42,078 nt of DNA from a virus, in the IMG/VR virus record IMGVR_UViG_3300030042_000002, one strand, 5' to 3'. The notes under the pieces were generated by a model. The model was given only the letters and a program-made list of their open reading frames with translations, did no database searches and was not told the origin of the DNA. Below are positions 26,671 through 35,163 of the stretch, piece by piece (positions within the stretch are counted from its first letter, which is position 1; every line of letters begins with the position of its first letter). Made by a program: the position numbers and the translations under genes.

Positions 26671-27177
26671 TTAAAATTCATGTCCGCATTTAGGGCATTC
26701 TTTAGTCTTTTTCTTTTTATTCTGTTTATCTTCGCCTGTATTGTCAAGTTCAAAGTTTAATTGTAGGTCATTTTCTGTTAGCCCTGCCATGAGTAGGATT
26801 TCGATATCGAACTCATTGCCTAGGATGTCCCAGTCATGTACGCCATAATGGGCGTTATCTTTTATGATGCGTTGCTTAATGATTTCGGGAGATAGATTGT
26901 GATCTATGATGCATGGTATTTGTTTCCATCCGAGCTTCTTTGCGGCTTTAACGCGTTGATTACCAGCGTATACATGTAATATTCCGTCTATTCTGTTGAC
27001 TAATACAGGCCGCTTTTCTAAGAAATCGGGATCATCTTTGAGAGAGATAAGAAGCTTTTCGAACTGTTGTTTGTCTATTTTTCTGGGGTTATTTTTGTCT
27101 AAAATAAGGGTCGAGATATCAACGTGAGCGACGAAACACTTTTCTATTTTGTTAGAGTTATCTTTATCTTGTTGCAT
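26671..27177 (-). CDS. ParB-like nuclease-domain protein with a C-terminal zinc ribbon
   Basis: LDKNNPRKI ... VYAGNQRVKAAKKLGW (ParB N-terminal GxxR box); the protein ends CPKCGHEF. Confidence 0.7.
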   Translation of the reverse strand: MQQDKDNSNKIEKCFVAHVDISTLILDKNNPRKIDKQQFEKLLISLKDDPDFLEKRPVLVNRIDGILHVYAGNQRVKAAKKLGWKQIPCIIDHNLSPEIIKQRIIKDNAHYGVHDWDILGNEFDIEILLMAGLTENDLQLNFELDNTGEDKQNKKKKTKECPKCGHEF

Positions 27178-27307
27178 ATATACATCACATGTGTTATATT
27201 AGTATCATCAAAGCAAGTACGCGATTAACGCCGACATCTTAGAGAACGGTAGCTAAAGCAGGAACGTTAGATAAACTTTAACCAAATGATTAAAAGGAGT
27301 CAATAAG

Positions 27308-27625
27308 ATGAGAACACAAGATATAACAACAAGTTGCTTGAGTGATTTTGGATCAAGAGAGAGATGGATGCTAGTGGAGCTATTAACGGCGTGGGATAGG
27401 CAACGGTTGCCCGATGATTTTTATGAAGATGAAGTTATACCTATGATGAATCGGAATAGTGGGTGTGTATTTCTCACTAATTCGGACTATCAGGTGGCAA
27501 TGATGAATGGTGACAAGCTTGAGATTTGGCATAATTGTTCGAATTGTGGACATGAGGGTTTTGCAGAGGATTGCCGATTGAATGATGATGGGTGTCAAGA
27601 GTGTAATCCAATGGAGGGCGAATAA
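27308..27625 (+). CDS. Cys-rich hypothetical protein
   Basis: 105 aa with an AAGGAG SD; CSNCGHEGFAEDC...CQEC. Confidence 0.6.
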   Translation: MRTQDITTSCLSDFGSRERWMLVELLTAWDRQRLPDDFYEDEVIPMMNRNSGCVFLTNSDYQVAMMNGDKLEIWHNCSNCGHEGFAEDCRLNDDGCQECNPMEGE

Positions 27626-27849
27626 TGGATAACGAAGATTGTGTGCATGAGGAATTAAGACAAAGCCTTTTTGATTTAGTAGAGGAATACCGAGAGCAAA
27701 TGAATCCGGCAGTGTTTATAGCATTATTGATGAATTTCACTGTTGAAATAGCATTTAAATGCGCGCCTGATAAAAAAGAAGCTATTAAAATACTAAAAGA
27801 TATGCTGAAGCAATCCATAAAATATAATCCTGAGAATGATGATGGTTGA
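27625..27849 (+). CDS. Hypothetical protein
   Basis: 74-aa coupled ORF. Confidence 0.5.
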   Translation: MDNEDCVHEELRQSLFDLVEEYREQMNPAVFIALLMNFTVEIAFKCAPDKKEAIKILKDMLKQSIKYNPENDDG

Positions 27850-29188
27850 GCTTAGGGATTACCAGTTAGAATGTGTAGACACAATATATAAGCATTTCAA
27901 GAAGGATAATAAGCAGCTTATCCAAATTCCAACGGGAGGGGGTAAGACATGGATTTTCCTGGAGTATTTAAGGCGTTATAGTCGCAAAGCTGTGATTGTT
28001 TGCCCTAGCAAGGAATTGGCGGAACAGATTGGTTATTGGGCAAATCGTTTTTTGGGCGATAGAAGGGTTTATACTAAGAAGCGAAACCGTCTAAACAAAG
28101 CGGATGCATACATCATTACCGCAGCAAGCTTCAACTATGAAAAAAGCTTAACACTTTTAGAGGATCTTGATTTTGATACATTGGTAATAGACGAGGCGCA
28201 CCATGCGCAAGCGGATACTTATTTAAATTTACTGGATCGTATAAAGGATAAGAAGTTTAATTTATTGGGCTTAACTGCTACGCCAGAAAGATTAGACCAA
28301 AAAAGCTTGCTTGATGTTTTTGGGACGATGACTTTTAAACGAAATATTATTGAAATGATTAAGGAGGGGTATTTATGCGAACTTGAAGGAACACGGATAA
28401 AGACAAACATTAAGTTGTCATCAAATTGGATTCGATACGGGGATTATATTCCTAGTGCTTTATCTGCTTTAGATATCGATTCTAGGAACAATATTATCAT
28501 GAAGACATTTTTTGATAATTGTGTTGGTAAAAAGACATTAGTTTTTTGCTTAAATGTTACTCATGCTGAGCGTATTGCAGAGCTTTTAAGGCAAGAAGGG
28601 ATAAAAGCGGAGTGTATACATGCAAAGATGAATTTCCCTTTAAGAAAGGCGATTTTAGAGCGTTTTAAGCGAGGTGAAACGCAGGTAGTAACAAACGTGC
28701 AAGTGTTAACAGAGGGTTTTGATGAACCTTCAATAGAGGCGCTGCTTATTACAAGACCAACCTTAAGCAAGTCATTGTATTGTCAAATGATAGGGCGTGG
28801 ATTAAGGTTATACCCAGGTAAGGATAAATGTAGTGTTTATGACATTACAGATAATGCGCATAAAATATGCACGTTTAATGTTGTTGCTGGCTATGAACTT
28901 GAGAATATGTTTGAGTCCCAGCCACGTACAAAAATAACTGAGTTGCAAGAGCCTGAGATAAAGCTAAGTGTCACTGATTTTACAATTGAAAAGGAGAAAT
29001 TACAATTTTTCAATATTGAAAATCATGTTAACGATGACGGGATAAATATATTTAAAAGTCCCTTTAATAAAATGTCCCAAAGTGAATGTCAATTAATAAA
29101 AATATCCCGACCTGAATTAACAAGGTTAGAGGCAATGTTTTTGATTTGGAAAGAAAAGTTAAAGGTGAAATATGGCTTCAATAAGTGA
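27836..29188 (+). CDS. Superfamily-2 DEAH-box helicase
   Basis: Motif I PTGGGKT, motif II VIDEAHH, motif III TATPER, motif VI QMIGRGLR. Confidence 0.85.
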   Translation: MMMVELRDYQLECVDTIYKHFKKDNKQLIQIPTGGGKTWIFLEYLRRYSRKAVIVCPSKELAEQIGYWANRFLGDRRVYTKKRNRLNKADAYIITAASFNYEKSLTLLEDLDFDTLVIDEAHHAQADTYLNLLDRIKDKKFNLLGLTATPERLDQKSLLDVFGTMTFKRNIIEMIKEGYLCELEGTRIKTNIKLSSNWIRYGDYIPSALSALDIDSRNNIIMKTFFDNCVGKKTLVFCLNVTHAERIAELLRQEGIKAECIHAKMNFPLRKAILERFKRGETQVVTNVQVLTEGFDEPSIEALLITRPTLSKSLYCQMIGRGLRLYPGKDKCSVYDITDNAHKICTFNVVAGYELENMFESQPRTKITELQEPEIKLSVTDFTIEKEKLQFFNIENHVNDDGINIFKSPFNKMSQSECQLIKISRPELTRLEAMFLIWKEKLKVKYGFNK

Positions 29189-29693
29189 AAGAGACGGAAG
29201 TTTCCGGGTACAGATTAGGAAGAAAGGTGTTGAGTTAACACAAACTTTTTCGAAGATTGAAGATGCTGAATTATGGGCTAAGTGGAAAGAAGACATTATT
29301 GATCAAATGGAAGCGTTTAAGCCACCAATGGAAGAAATGGTAACATTTGAAGATGCAATCGATTTAAAGATTAAAAAATTACAAGAGGAAAAGCGAGACC
29401 ACAGAACTATTGGTGCTGTAGTGGTTTTAAAGTCTGTCTTTCAAGAGATGTTAGAACTATCAATGCTTGAAATAACTTTTGATATGCTTTTATGTAAAGC
29501 TAAAGAATTATTAAAAAGTGAGATACGAATCGGAGGAAAGGCATCTAGTGGAGGTAGATTTAAATTACCAGAGAGGCAAACAATTTTATCAAGATTTAAT
29601 GTGTTAGGTTCTGTATACAGCGAAGTAATTGCTTCGGGCGTGCAAATTGAAAATGTTGCTCGCAATGTTTTAACATATTTAAGGAAGATTTGA
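29172..29693 (+). CDS. Integrase N-terminal-like (arm-binding + core-binding) protein without a catalytic domain
   Basis: DGSFRVQIRKKGVELTQTFSKIEDAELWAKWKE resembles the tyrosine-integrase arm-binding fold. The ORF ends at 173 aa with no R-H-R-Y region. Confidence 0.35.
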   Translation: MASISERDGSFRVQIRKKGVELTQTFSKIEDAELWAKWKEDIIDQMEAFKPPMEEMVTFEDAIDLKIKKLQEEKRDHRTIGAVVVLKSVFQEMLELSMLEITFDMLLCKAKELLKSEIRIGGKASSGGRFKLPERQTILSRFNVLGSVYSEVIASGVQIENVARNVLTYLRKI

Positions 29694-29699
29694 GGTTTA

Positions 29700-29879
29700 A
29701 TGAAGATAGAATTGATTCAAAGAAATGAATTCGGTAACGCAAGGTTTTACGCGACGAATCAAATTGGTTGCGTGTTGCTGGAGTTGATGAATAGAAAAAG
29801 CTTCACTATCGAACAGGTCAAACTACTTAGGACGGGTGGGTTTGAAGTTTCTATCACGACACCTAAGCCGACTCTATAA
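29700..29879 (+). CDS. Hypothetical protein (59 aa, below the track cutoff)
   Basis: ATG with a GAGG SD, followed by a terminator hairpin. Confidence 0.45.
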   Translation: MKIELIQRNEFGNARFYATNQIGCVLLELMNRKSFTIEQVKLLRTGGFEVSITTPKPTL

Positions 29880-29883
29880 GTAA

Positions 29884-29911
29884 GAGCGCATTTGTGTTAG
29901 TGCAAATGCGC
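29884..29911. terminator. Bidirectional terminator hairpin between convergent genes
   Basis: AGCGCATTTG-TGTTAGTG-CAAATGCGCT followed by TTTATT. Confidence 0.6.
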
Positions 29912-29912
29912 T

Positions 29913-30104
29913 TTATTCGCTGATTTCGGTTAATTCTTCGATTTGCTGGAGTCGCCGGAAACATTGGATGGAGCAAATATAGACTCGTTCATTGAGATGA
30001 TCGACAGCCTTAAGAAATCGGTTTTTAGATTTATTGCATTCAACGCATTTTATTGATGATGCAGTATTAAAAAATCCTGGTGAGTGTTCTAAGTAGACTT
30101 TCAT
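29913..30104 (-). CDS. Small Cys-containing protein
   Basis: 63-aa ORF coupled to the phosphoesterase gene. Confidence 0.5.
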   Translation of the reverse strand: MKVYLEHSPGFFNTASSIKCVECNKSKNRFLKAVDHLNERVYICSIQCFRRLQQIEELTEISE

Positions 30105-30787
30105 AGAATGATACGTGTTGGTTTGTTTACTGGTTCGTAGTGTTCATTCATGATAGAGACGTTGTAACAATCGGTATGGGTTTTGATGGCATCGTGGTGT
30201 TTTAGGGATATATGTTTGCCACCGTGTTCATGGATGTGTCCGAATATACAAATTTTAGGCTTTATAACTTCAATGCAGTGCCTGAGTGCAAAACTACCGC
30301 AATCCCTTATATTTCCTGTGTGGTAATCATTTACAGAGTCGAGGATTAGATGGGGTGGTCCATGGCTTATTAGGATGTCTGTTGTTGTTGGTATTTCATT
30401 ATATGCTTTTTCAAGGCGTGATTCATTTCCGGTGAAAGCCTTACAATGAGGATTAATTCCATGAAACCAGAGAGACCAAGGTGTACCCCATATTTTTAAT
30501 CCTTCAAATTCGGTGCCAGAGTCGCACAGGTATTCAAAACCTTCGTCCTCCCAAAGATCCATTTCTTTTGATTCTTGAGTTGAGATGGTTTGAGCAAGGA
30601 AGTTGTCATGATTACCGGCAACAAGGATTTTCTTTTGATACTTTTGTTCTTTTAACCACTCAAAGAAGTTTTTCCACTGTATGACCTTGTCGGAACCGGA
30701 GATATCTCCGGCGATGATAAGTAGGTCGCCCCCTTCTAATTCTGGTAACTCTCCATGGAGGTCAGAAATACACTCTATGACGGTCAT
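30101..30787 (-). CDS. Calcineurin-like metallophosphoesterase
   Basis: Motifs SDLHG, AGDI, GNHD, and GHIHEHGG. Confidence 0.8.
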   Translation of the reverse strand: MTVIECISDLHGELPELEGGDLLIIAGDISGSDKVIQWKNFFEWLKEQKYQKKILVAGNHDNFLAQTISTQESKEMDLWEDEGFEYLCDSGTEFEGLKIWGTPWSLWFHGINPHCKAFTGNESRLEKAYNEIPTTTDILISHGPPHLILDSVNDYHTGNIRDCGSFALRHCIEVIKPKICIFGHIHEHGGKHISLKHHDAIKTHTDCYNVSIMNEHYEPVNKPTRIIL

Positions 30788-31111
30788 TTAAATATCCTTA
30801 TCAGGTGAATAGTCTATATATTTAAAGACCATTTCGTCGTGACCTTTTTCAGCTTCATTAAGTGAGCTATAACGCATCACTTCAATATCATAACAATCAT
30901 CTAATAGGAAAACCATTGTCTCGAAGTAATGACCGCCTAAATGTTCCAATCCAAGCCAAACGGTAGAAACCCAACAATGATCTAGATGTGTTCGTTTTAT
31001 TATTTTATAATCACCCGGATCACTGATAAGATCGCCCCACTCTTCAGAAGTGATAGGGTTGCCGAATTTATCTTTGTATTTTACCCTATATGATTCAAAG
31101 CCGTGCATCAA
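30788..31111 (-). CDS. Hypothetical protein
   Basis: 107-aa ORF abutting the next gene. Confidence 0.6.
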   Translation of the reverse strand: MMHGFESYRVKYKDKFGNPITSEEWGDLISDPGDYKIIKRTHLDHCWVSTVWLGLEHLGGHYFETMVFLLDDCYDIEVMRYSSLNEAEKGHDEMVFKYIDYSPDKDI

Positions 31112-31195
31112 ATAACCTTTTTATGTTATAAAATATTTTCTTATATTGACAATATAGTATAACATTACATATATATGAATCAAGGGAGAATTACT

Positions 31196-31438
31196 ATGCA
31201 AATGATGTTACCGCTTGATGCTGATCATGAACGTAATGAGATATATTATCTACATGAGCGACTCGATAAGTTAGAGAATATGTGTAGTACGATGAGGCGT
31301 GCTTTGTTTGCGCGTCATGGACAACATGAGAAAAGATTATTAGAAATGGAAGAAAAGTTGAGGGGTTATGTACAAACGGAATGGGCCTATGCAACGGGAG
31401 ATAGTCTCTTTGATGATCGCCGAATTGCAGGGACGTGA
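31196..31438 (+). CDS. Hypothetical protein (opposite strand to its neighbours)
   Basis: The in-frame ATG at 31196 follows AGGGAG. A TTGACA element lies about 40 nt upstream. Confidence 0.45.
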   Translation: MQMMLPLDADHERNEIYYLHERLDKLENMCSTMRRALFARHGQHEKRLLEMEEKLRGYVQTEWAYATGDSLFDDRRIAGT

Positions 31439-31446
31439 AGAAGATT

Positions 31447-31890
31447 TTAATCGGCTGGCTGTTGAAGATCCTGGGGAATGTGTTCGCGTTCTTCATGGGG
31501 CATATCAACTTGCGGAACAGGAAAGCACTCGTAAATATCAATCCGGAAACCTGAGAGTTTAGCAGTCTCTTGCTTGTAGTGCCAAGTTATTCTTAGGTCT
31601 CCATCGGCACGTCCTTTTGCTAATCCGGGAATGATAATATCTGCTACATCGTCTTTGATTCCCTTGAATGCCATACGCAAATTGTCATCATCATCAAGCT
31701 TTCTTGTCCCGAATCTTGTCAAGATCACAGAGCAAGGGAGGGGGATCTTTCCTTTAAAACGATTTAGAGAGGCTACAACGGGCTCGCGCCTCTTCTTGGA
31801 CTCTTCATACTGCCTACGCCAATGTACGTGGTTATTAGCGATGCTAATGAGTTTAATCGGTATTGTGACACTAACCTTCAGCTTCATCAC
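31447..31890 (-). CDS. rusA: RusA-like Holliday-junction resolvase
   Basis: 147 aa; SIANNHVHWRR ... KLDDDDNLRMAFKGIKDDVAD acidic catalytic cluster. Confidence 0.6.
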   Translation of the reverse strand: MMKLKVSVTIPIKLISIANNHVHWRRQYEESKKRREPVVASLNRFKGKIPLPCSVILTRFGTRKLDDDDNLRMAFKGIKDDVADIIIPGLAKGRADGDLRITWHYKQETAKLSGFRIDIYECFPVPQVDMPHEEREHIPQDLQQPAD

Positions 31891-32045
31891 TTACCTTTCT
31901 GCAATCGTCGAATCGAAACCTTGAGGCATTCTATCTCTTCAACCATTTTCTCTAGTAGAGCGCAAAGTGGAACGCTGTTACTATCAAGATCGAGATGACC
32001 CAAGAATCTCACTTGGCTCCAGTTCCATAAGTTCGTCATAGTCCA

Positions 32046-32645
32046 TTATTTCCCCTCAGCCCTCAAGTCTGGGCATCCATCAAGATCAATTATAGTGTTT
32101 TCAGAAGCAAAAAGTCTGCTGTAAACTCTTGGATGATAAAAAGTTTTGAATTCTTCCCTAGTTAAATTGCTCGTAATGACAGTCGGTTTCATGGTGTTAT
32201 ATCTTTCATCAAAAGCCGAGAAAAGAACTTCGCGCGTCCAATCTGTTTGTCGTGTACTTCCAATATCATCTAAAAATATCATATCATCATCGAGTAGGTA
32301 AACCATTTCTTTGTGATAATCCCCCATATTCTCATCTATAACTTTTCTAAGTTTTTCTAATAATGTTTGTTCGTCATAATAGCGGAAACAATGAAAATTC
32401 CTAATAGCCCATTCAAACATGGCAGCGCAAATATAAGATTTCCCCACACCTGGATCACCAATAATAACCAAAAAGTTTTTAGGATTCTTTAAGAACGCAT
32501 AAATTCGGGTACAATGGTCTTTATTGATCTCCAATTTGCTAAGGGATGCTCCGATGTATCGGGTTCCGAGATAGTATTGCTGTCTTCTTTTAATGGCATC
32601 TTCGATTCTTTCTTTTCGTATTTTTTCGTCTTCTGGTGATTGCAT
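32046..32645 (-). CDS. DnaC/IstB-like AAA+ helicase loader
   Basis: Walker A GDPGVGKSY, Walker B IFLDDIG. Confidence 0.75.
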   Translation of the reverse strand: MQSPEDEKIRKERIEDAIKRRQQYYLGTRYIGASLSKLEINKDHCTRIYAFLKNPKNFLVIIGDPGVGKSYICAAMFEWAIRNFHCFRYYDEQTLLEKLRKVIDENMGDYHKEMVYLLDDDMIFLDDIGSTRQTDWTREVLFSAFDERYNTMKPTVITSNLTREEFKTFYHPRVYSRLFASENTIIDLDGCPDLRAEGK

Positions 32646-33331
32646 TCTTTTGTCTCGTTAAATTTTTTAATATCGTGATTCTTCTTTTTTAGTCTTTCGT
32701 TATTTATGATAGCTTCTGAATATTTTATAATATCGCTAATTGGGTTAGGATAGTCTTTTATCTTATTCCACGCAAATTCTATTTCGAAAGCTGACCAGTC
32801 TTTTTTCGCTAAGACTGCTTTTTCATAAAGCTCTTCTTTGGACATGGGTATTTCTTTACCGTCGGGCTGCTTTATCGAGCATCGCTCGGTTTTTTTGGGG
32901 TCGCGCGCCTGCGCGCTATCATCATCATCATCTTTATTTATTAAGCTTATATTATTATGTAGCACAGGTGTGCGGTTCGGAGGCGCACAGGTGTGCGTAT
33001 CGTTATGCACAGATGTGCGCTTCGTAAGATCTTTTTGAAAACCATGGTTAGGATATATTTTCCTAGACCACGAAAAGCCTTTTCGTTCGCTATCTCTTAC
33101 GATATAACCTTTATCTTCCAGAACCTTTAAACGATTTTGGACTTCACGTTCTTTAACCCTTGTTAGCTCCGCAAGATATTTATCGCTGGCCCAACAATGG
33201 CCTTTCTGATTGGAAAGGGCGACAATGCGACCATAAAGCATGGCGGTTGCGTCGTCTATATCTGGATCGTCTGCAATGAATGCAGGAATTAGAAGAAAGA
33301 AACCATGCTGAGGTTGTTGTGGGGTGGTCAT
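32489..33331 (-). CDS. Replication initiator (winged-helix, phage O/DnaD-like)
   Basis: N-terminal wHTH LYGRIVALSNQKGHCWASDKYLAELTRVKEREVQNRLKVLEDKGYIV. Internal iterons. The 3' end overlaps the loader gene by 157 nt. Confidence 0.55.
   Translation of the reverse strand: MTTPQQPQHGFFLLIPAFIADDPDIDDATAMLYGRIVALSNQKGHCWASDKYLAELTRVKEREVQNRLKVLEDKGYIVRDSERKGFSWSRKIYPNHGFQKDLTKRTSVHNDTHTCAPPNRTPVLHNNISLINKDDDDDSAQARDPKKTERCSIKQPDGKEIPMSKEELYEKAVLAKKDWSAFEIEFAWNKIKDYPNPISDIIKYSEAIINNERLKKKNHDIKKFNETKECNHQKTKKYEKKESKMPLKEDSNTISEPDTSEHPLANWRSIKTIVPEFMRS
32962..33019. repeat. Three iterons (candidate origin of replication) inside the initiator gene
   Basis: GCACAGGTGTGCG at 32962 and 32985, and GCACAGATGTGCG at 33007 (spacing 23 and 22 bp). 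Each is an inverted repeat GCACA..TGTGC. An AT-rich tract lies at 32937-32960. Confidence 0.6.
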
Positions 33332-33376
33332 AAAATATCTCCTTGATAATATATTTTTCTTTTATCACGGAGAGGC

Positions 33377-33405
33377 TTGATTTATTGCGACATGTTTGCT
33401 ATATT
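33377..33405 (+). promoter_or_regulatory. Sigma70-type promoter for the antisense small RNA
   Basis: TTGATT, 17-nt spacer, TATATT. Confidence 0.5.
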
Positions 33406-33411
33406 AGCGAG

Positions 33412-33494
33412 TATTATGTAAGTCTCTCCTTGTTTGTCGCAAGGATCAAGTCTCTCTGAACGCCTCGGAAGTCTAGCCGGGGCGTTTCTTTTTT
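33412..33494 (+). ncRNA. Candidate small antisense RNA (about 83 nt) upstream of the initiator gene
   Basis: Promoter plus an intrinsic terminator AACGCCTCGG-AAGTCTAG-CCGGGGCGTT followed by TCTTTTTT. It lies in a minus-strand intergenic region and has no ORF. Confidence 0.5.
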
Positions 33495-33520
33495 CTGGCC
33501 TATCTTAGCCAAGCTAACCT

Positions 33521-33712
33521 TTAAGTCAAATTCTTTTCAGAATTAATTGGTTTCTCTGGTCTTTTGGGGCAAAACTCGCAATTAGGATCTTCGCATCTCG
33601 ACTCTCGCCATTCGTTGCATTTAGCACAAAAGAAAGCATCATAAAGTGCGTGATATTCTTTTGGATTTCCGCATTTGTCGCAACCCCACCTCCACTTACT
33701 CATGACTTTCAC
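33521..33712 (-). CDS. Small multi-Cys zinc-ribbon protein
   Basis: 63 aa; CDKCG...CAKC...CEDPNCEFC. Confidence 0.55.
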   Translation of the reverse strand: MKVMSKWRWGCDKCGNPKEYHALYDAFFCAKCNEWRESRCEDPNCEFCPKRPEKPINSEKNLT

Positions 33713-33995
33713 TCTCCTTGCAAAAACAAATGGTGTTTTCTGTTTCTCGACATAAAGCCTTTGCTAAGATAACGTTCTTAGTCTGGCAACTCTCTGTTGT
33801 GATGATATAGCCATTCTTTTCTAAATAGCGAAGCCTAAGAAGATATTCTTGAGACTCAGGATCCTCATAGATGCCTATGTGACACTTCTTCTTAAAGCGC
33901 GTTACATCGCAAATGTGGGTATAAAACCCCACCGAACTAGGATATTCAGCTATCAAACGACCATAACAAGTGTCACAAACTTCAATCGTCTTCAT
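33696..33995 (-). CDS. Hypothetical Cys-containing protein
   Basis: 99-aa coupled ORF. Confidence 0.55.
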   Translation of the reverse strand: MKTIEVCDTCYGRLIAEYPSSVGFYTHICDVTRFKKKCHIGIYEDPESQEYLLRLRYLEKNGYIITTESCQTKNVILAKALCRETENTICFCKESESHE

Positions 33996-34311
33996 GATCC
34001 CAACCTACAAGTTCAACAATCGTTACTGAAGGTCTTTCATCAACATTAATTAATCCTTGATTACAAAGTTTCAAGAGATTTTGCTTAAAGTTTCGACCAT
34101 AGGCATATCTATAATTTGGTTCAATCGATGTTATGTTTAATGGATTGCGGTTAGACCATAATTTCATATAAGTATATGCAGCGGCAGGAGCGCTTATTAA
34201 AACCTGCTCTAAGTATGGATATGGTGGATAGTCCCAAATTTGTTGCACTGAAAACCTCAAACATTTTCTAGACAAACAGTATAAAATAAGCAATAAAAGA
34301 AAAAGAAACAT
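33982..34311 (-). CDS. Hypothetical protein (start uncertain)
   Basis: 109-aa ORF with a hydrophobic N-terminus. Confidence 0.4.
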   Translation of the reverse strand: MFLFLLLLILYCLSRKCLRFSVQQIWDYPPYPYLEQVLISAPAAAYTYMKLWSNRNPLNITSIEPNYRYAYGRNFKQNLLKLCNQGLINVDERPSVTIVELVGWDHEDD

Positions 34312-34365
34312 GTTATTTAAAATTATTAGTTTGAGGATTTTATGTTTAATGGGTTCCGTGGATTT

Positions 34366-34647
34366 TTAGAAGAAATGCGAAGAGATCCCTTTTTCCGAAC
34401 TATGATATTTCTCTATATGGCTTTTGGGGGGGTGGCATTGTTTGTTTTTCTTTGTTCGGGATTTGGTTGGCTTTAATTCTCTACAGGTGACAGCTCCTCT
34501 TGTGAAGTCTTCTATTAAAAGAGCTGTTGATAGGGAGGGTTCATATCCTTTCATGTATTGTCGTAGGCTCTGAGGGCTGATATTAAGTTCTTTTGCAAGG
34601 CCGATCGCACTCCTCTTTGTTGCTTTCATCCATTCCGTAAGTTTCAT
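34366..34647 (-). CDS. Cro/YdaS-like HTH regulator
   Basis: MKLTEWMKATKRSAIGLAKELNISPQSLRQYMKG. The start was moved to the ATG at 34647, which has an AGGT SD. Confidence 0.6.
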   Translation of the reverse strand: MKLTEWMKATKRSAIGLAKELNISPQSLRQYMKGYEPSLSTALLIEDFTRGAVTCRELKPTKSRTKKNKQCHPPKSHIEKYHSSEKGISSHFF

Positions 34648-34687
34648 ATTATTACCTAGTGTTAGGAGATATTTCTTGTTTTTAAAC

Positions 34688-34703
34688 TGACAACATGTTA
34701 TCA
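34688..34703. promoter_or_regulatory. 16-bp near-palindrome (candidate operator) in the divergent early control region
   Basis: TGACAACATGTTATCA, 14 of 16 positions symmetric. It lies between the Cro-like gene and the plus-strand early operon. Confidence 0.4.
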
Positions 34704-34755
34704 TTTAGGAAATACAACGATATCACTCGTTGGGATTTAACACAAGGAGACACTT

Positions 34756-34935
34756 ATGGACCAACTAGAAAGATACAAACTGCGTAATCAACTCTCAATT
34801 ATAAAGTCTATGCTTAGAGAGATGGACTTTTGTGTAGAACAGGCACAAACAACGATTTACAATATAGAAAACAAGATGATGGACGAAGAAGATGCATGGC
34901 AGCAGATCGGCTTTCCTCAAGTGATGGAGGTTTAA
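34756..34935 (+). CDS. First gene of the plus-strand early operon (59 aa)
   Basis: Strong AAGGAGA SD. The TAA is adjacent to the next ATG. Confidence 0.55.
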   Translation: MDQLERYKLRNQLSIIKSMLREMDFCVEQAQTTIYNIENKMMDEEDAWQQIGFPQVMEV

Positions 34936-35163
34936 ATGAAGACGATTTCAATGGATTATGAGGAATATAAAAACGAACTAAATAAAGAATATGAGAGAGG
35001 AAAATCTCACGGCCTAACGGAAGTTGGTATGTATTTAGAGCAAGAAAAAAGATTTTATGAATGGTATCGTAGTCAGTTTTCATTATCAGAAATACCTTGC
35101 CAATGGACTTATGTACTTTATGGATTAGGTCGAGAAACTGAAATTCATCCATTGGAGGCATAA
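34936..35163 (+). CDS. Hypothetical protein
   Basis: 75-aa coupled ORF. Confidence 0.55.
   Translation: MKTISMDYEEYKNELNKEYERGKSHGLTEVGMYLEQEKRFYEWYRSQFSLSEIPCQWTYVLYGLGRETEIHPLEA

Noticed and set aside
27383-27818. Minus-strand ORFs 27383..27598 and 27477..27818, plus similar short antisense ORFs elsewhere in the track (for example 1216..1398, 3893..4090, 5880..6077, 8498..8808, 24463..24851, 31194..31541, 38641..38963)
   Set aside because: They lie wholly inside longer ORFs with recognisable motifs or coupling, lack SDs and have skewed composition. I treated them as shadow frames.
31887-32039. 50-aa minus-strand ORF in the gap between the DnaC-like and RusA genes
   Set aside because: It fills the gap and ends overlapping the RusA start. 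However, its ATG lacks an SD, and a competing 20-codon ORF starts at the better-placed ATG overlapping the loader stop. That is too uncertain to annotate.
34814-35161. 115-aa minus-strand ORF in the early region
   Set aside because: It is antisense to a chain of tightly coupled plus-strand ORFs with good SDs (34756, 34936, 35164). It has no SD and an odd composition.
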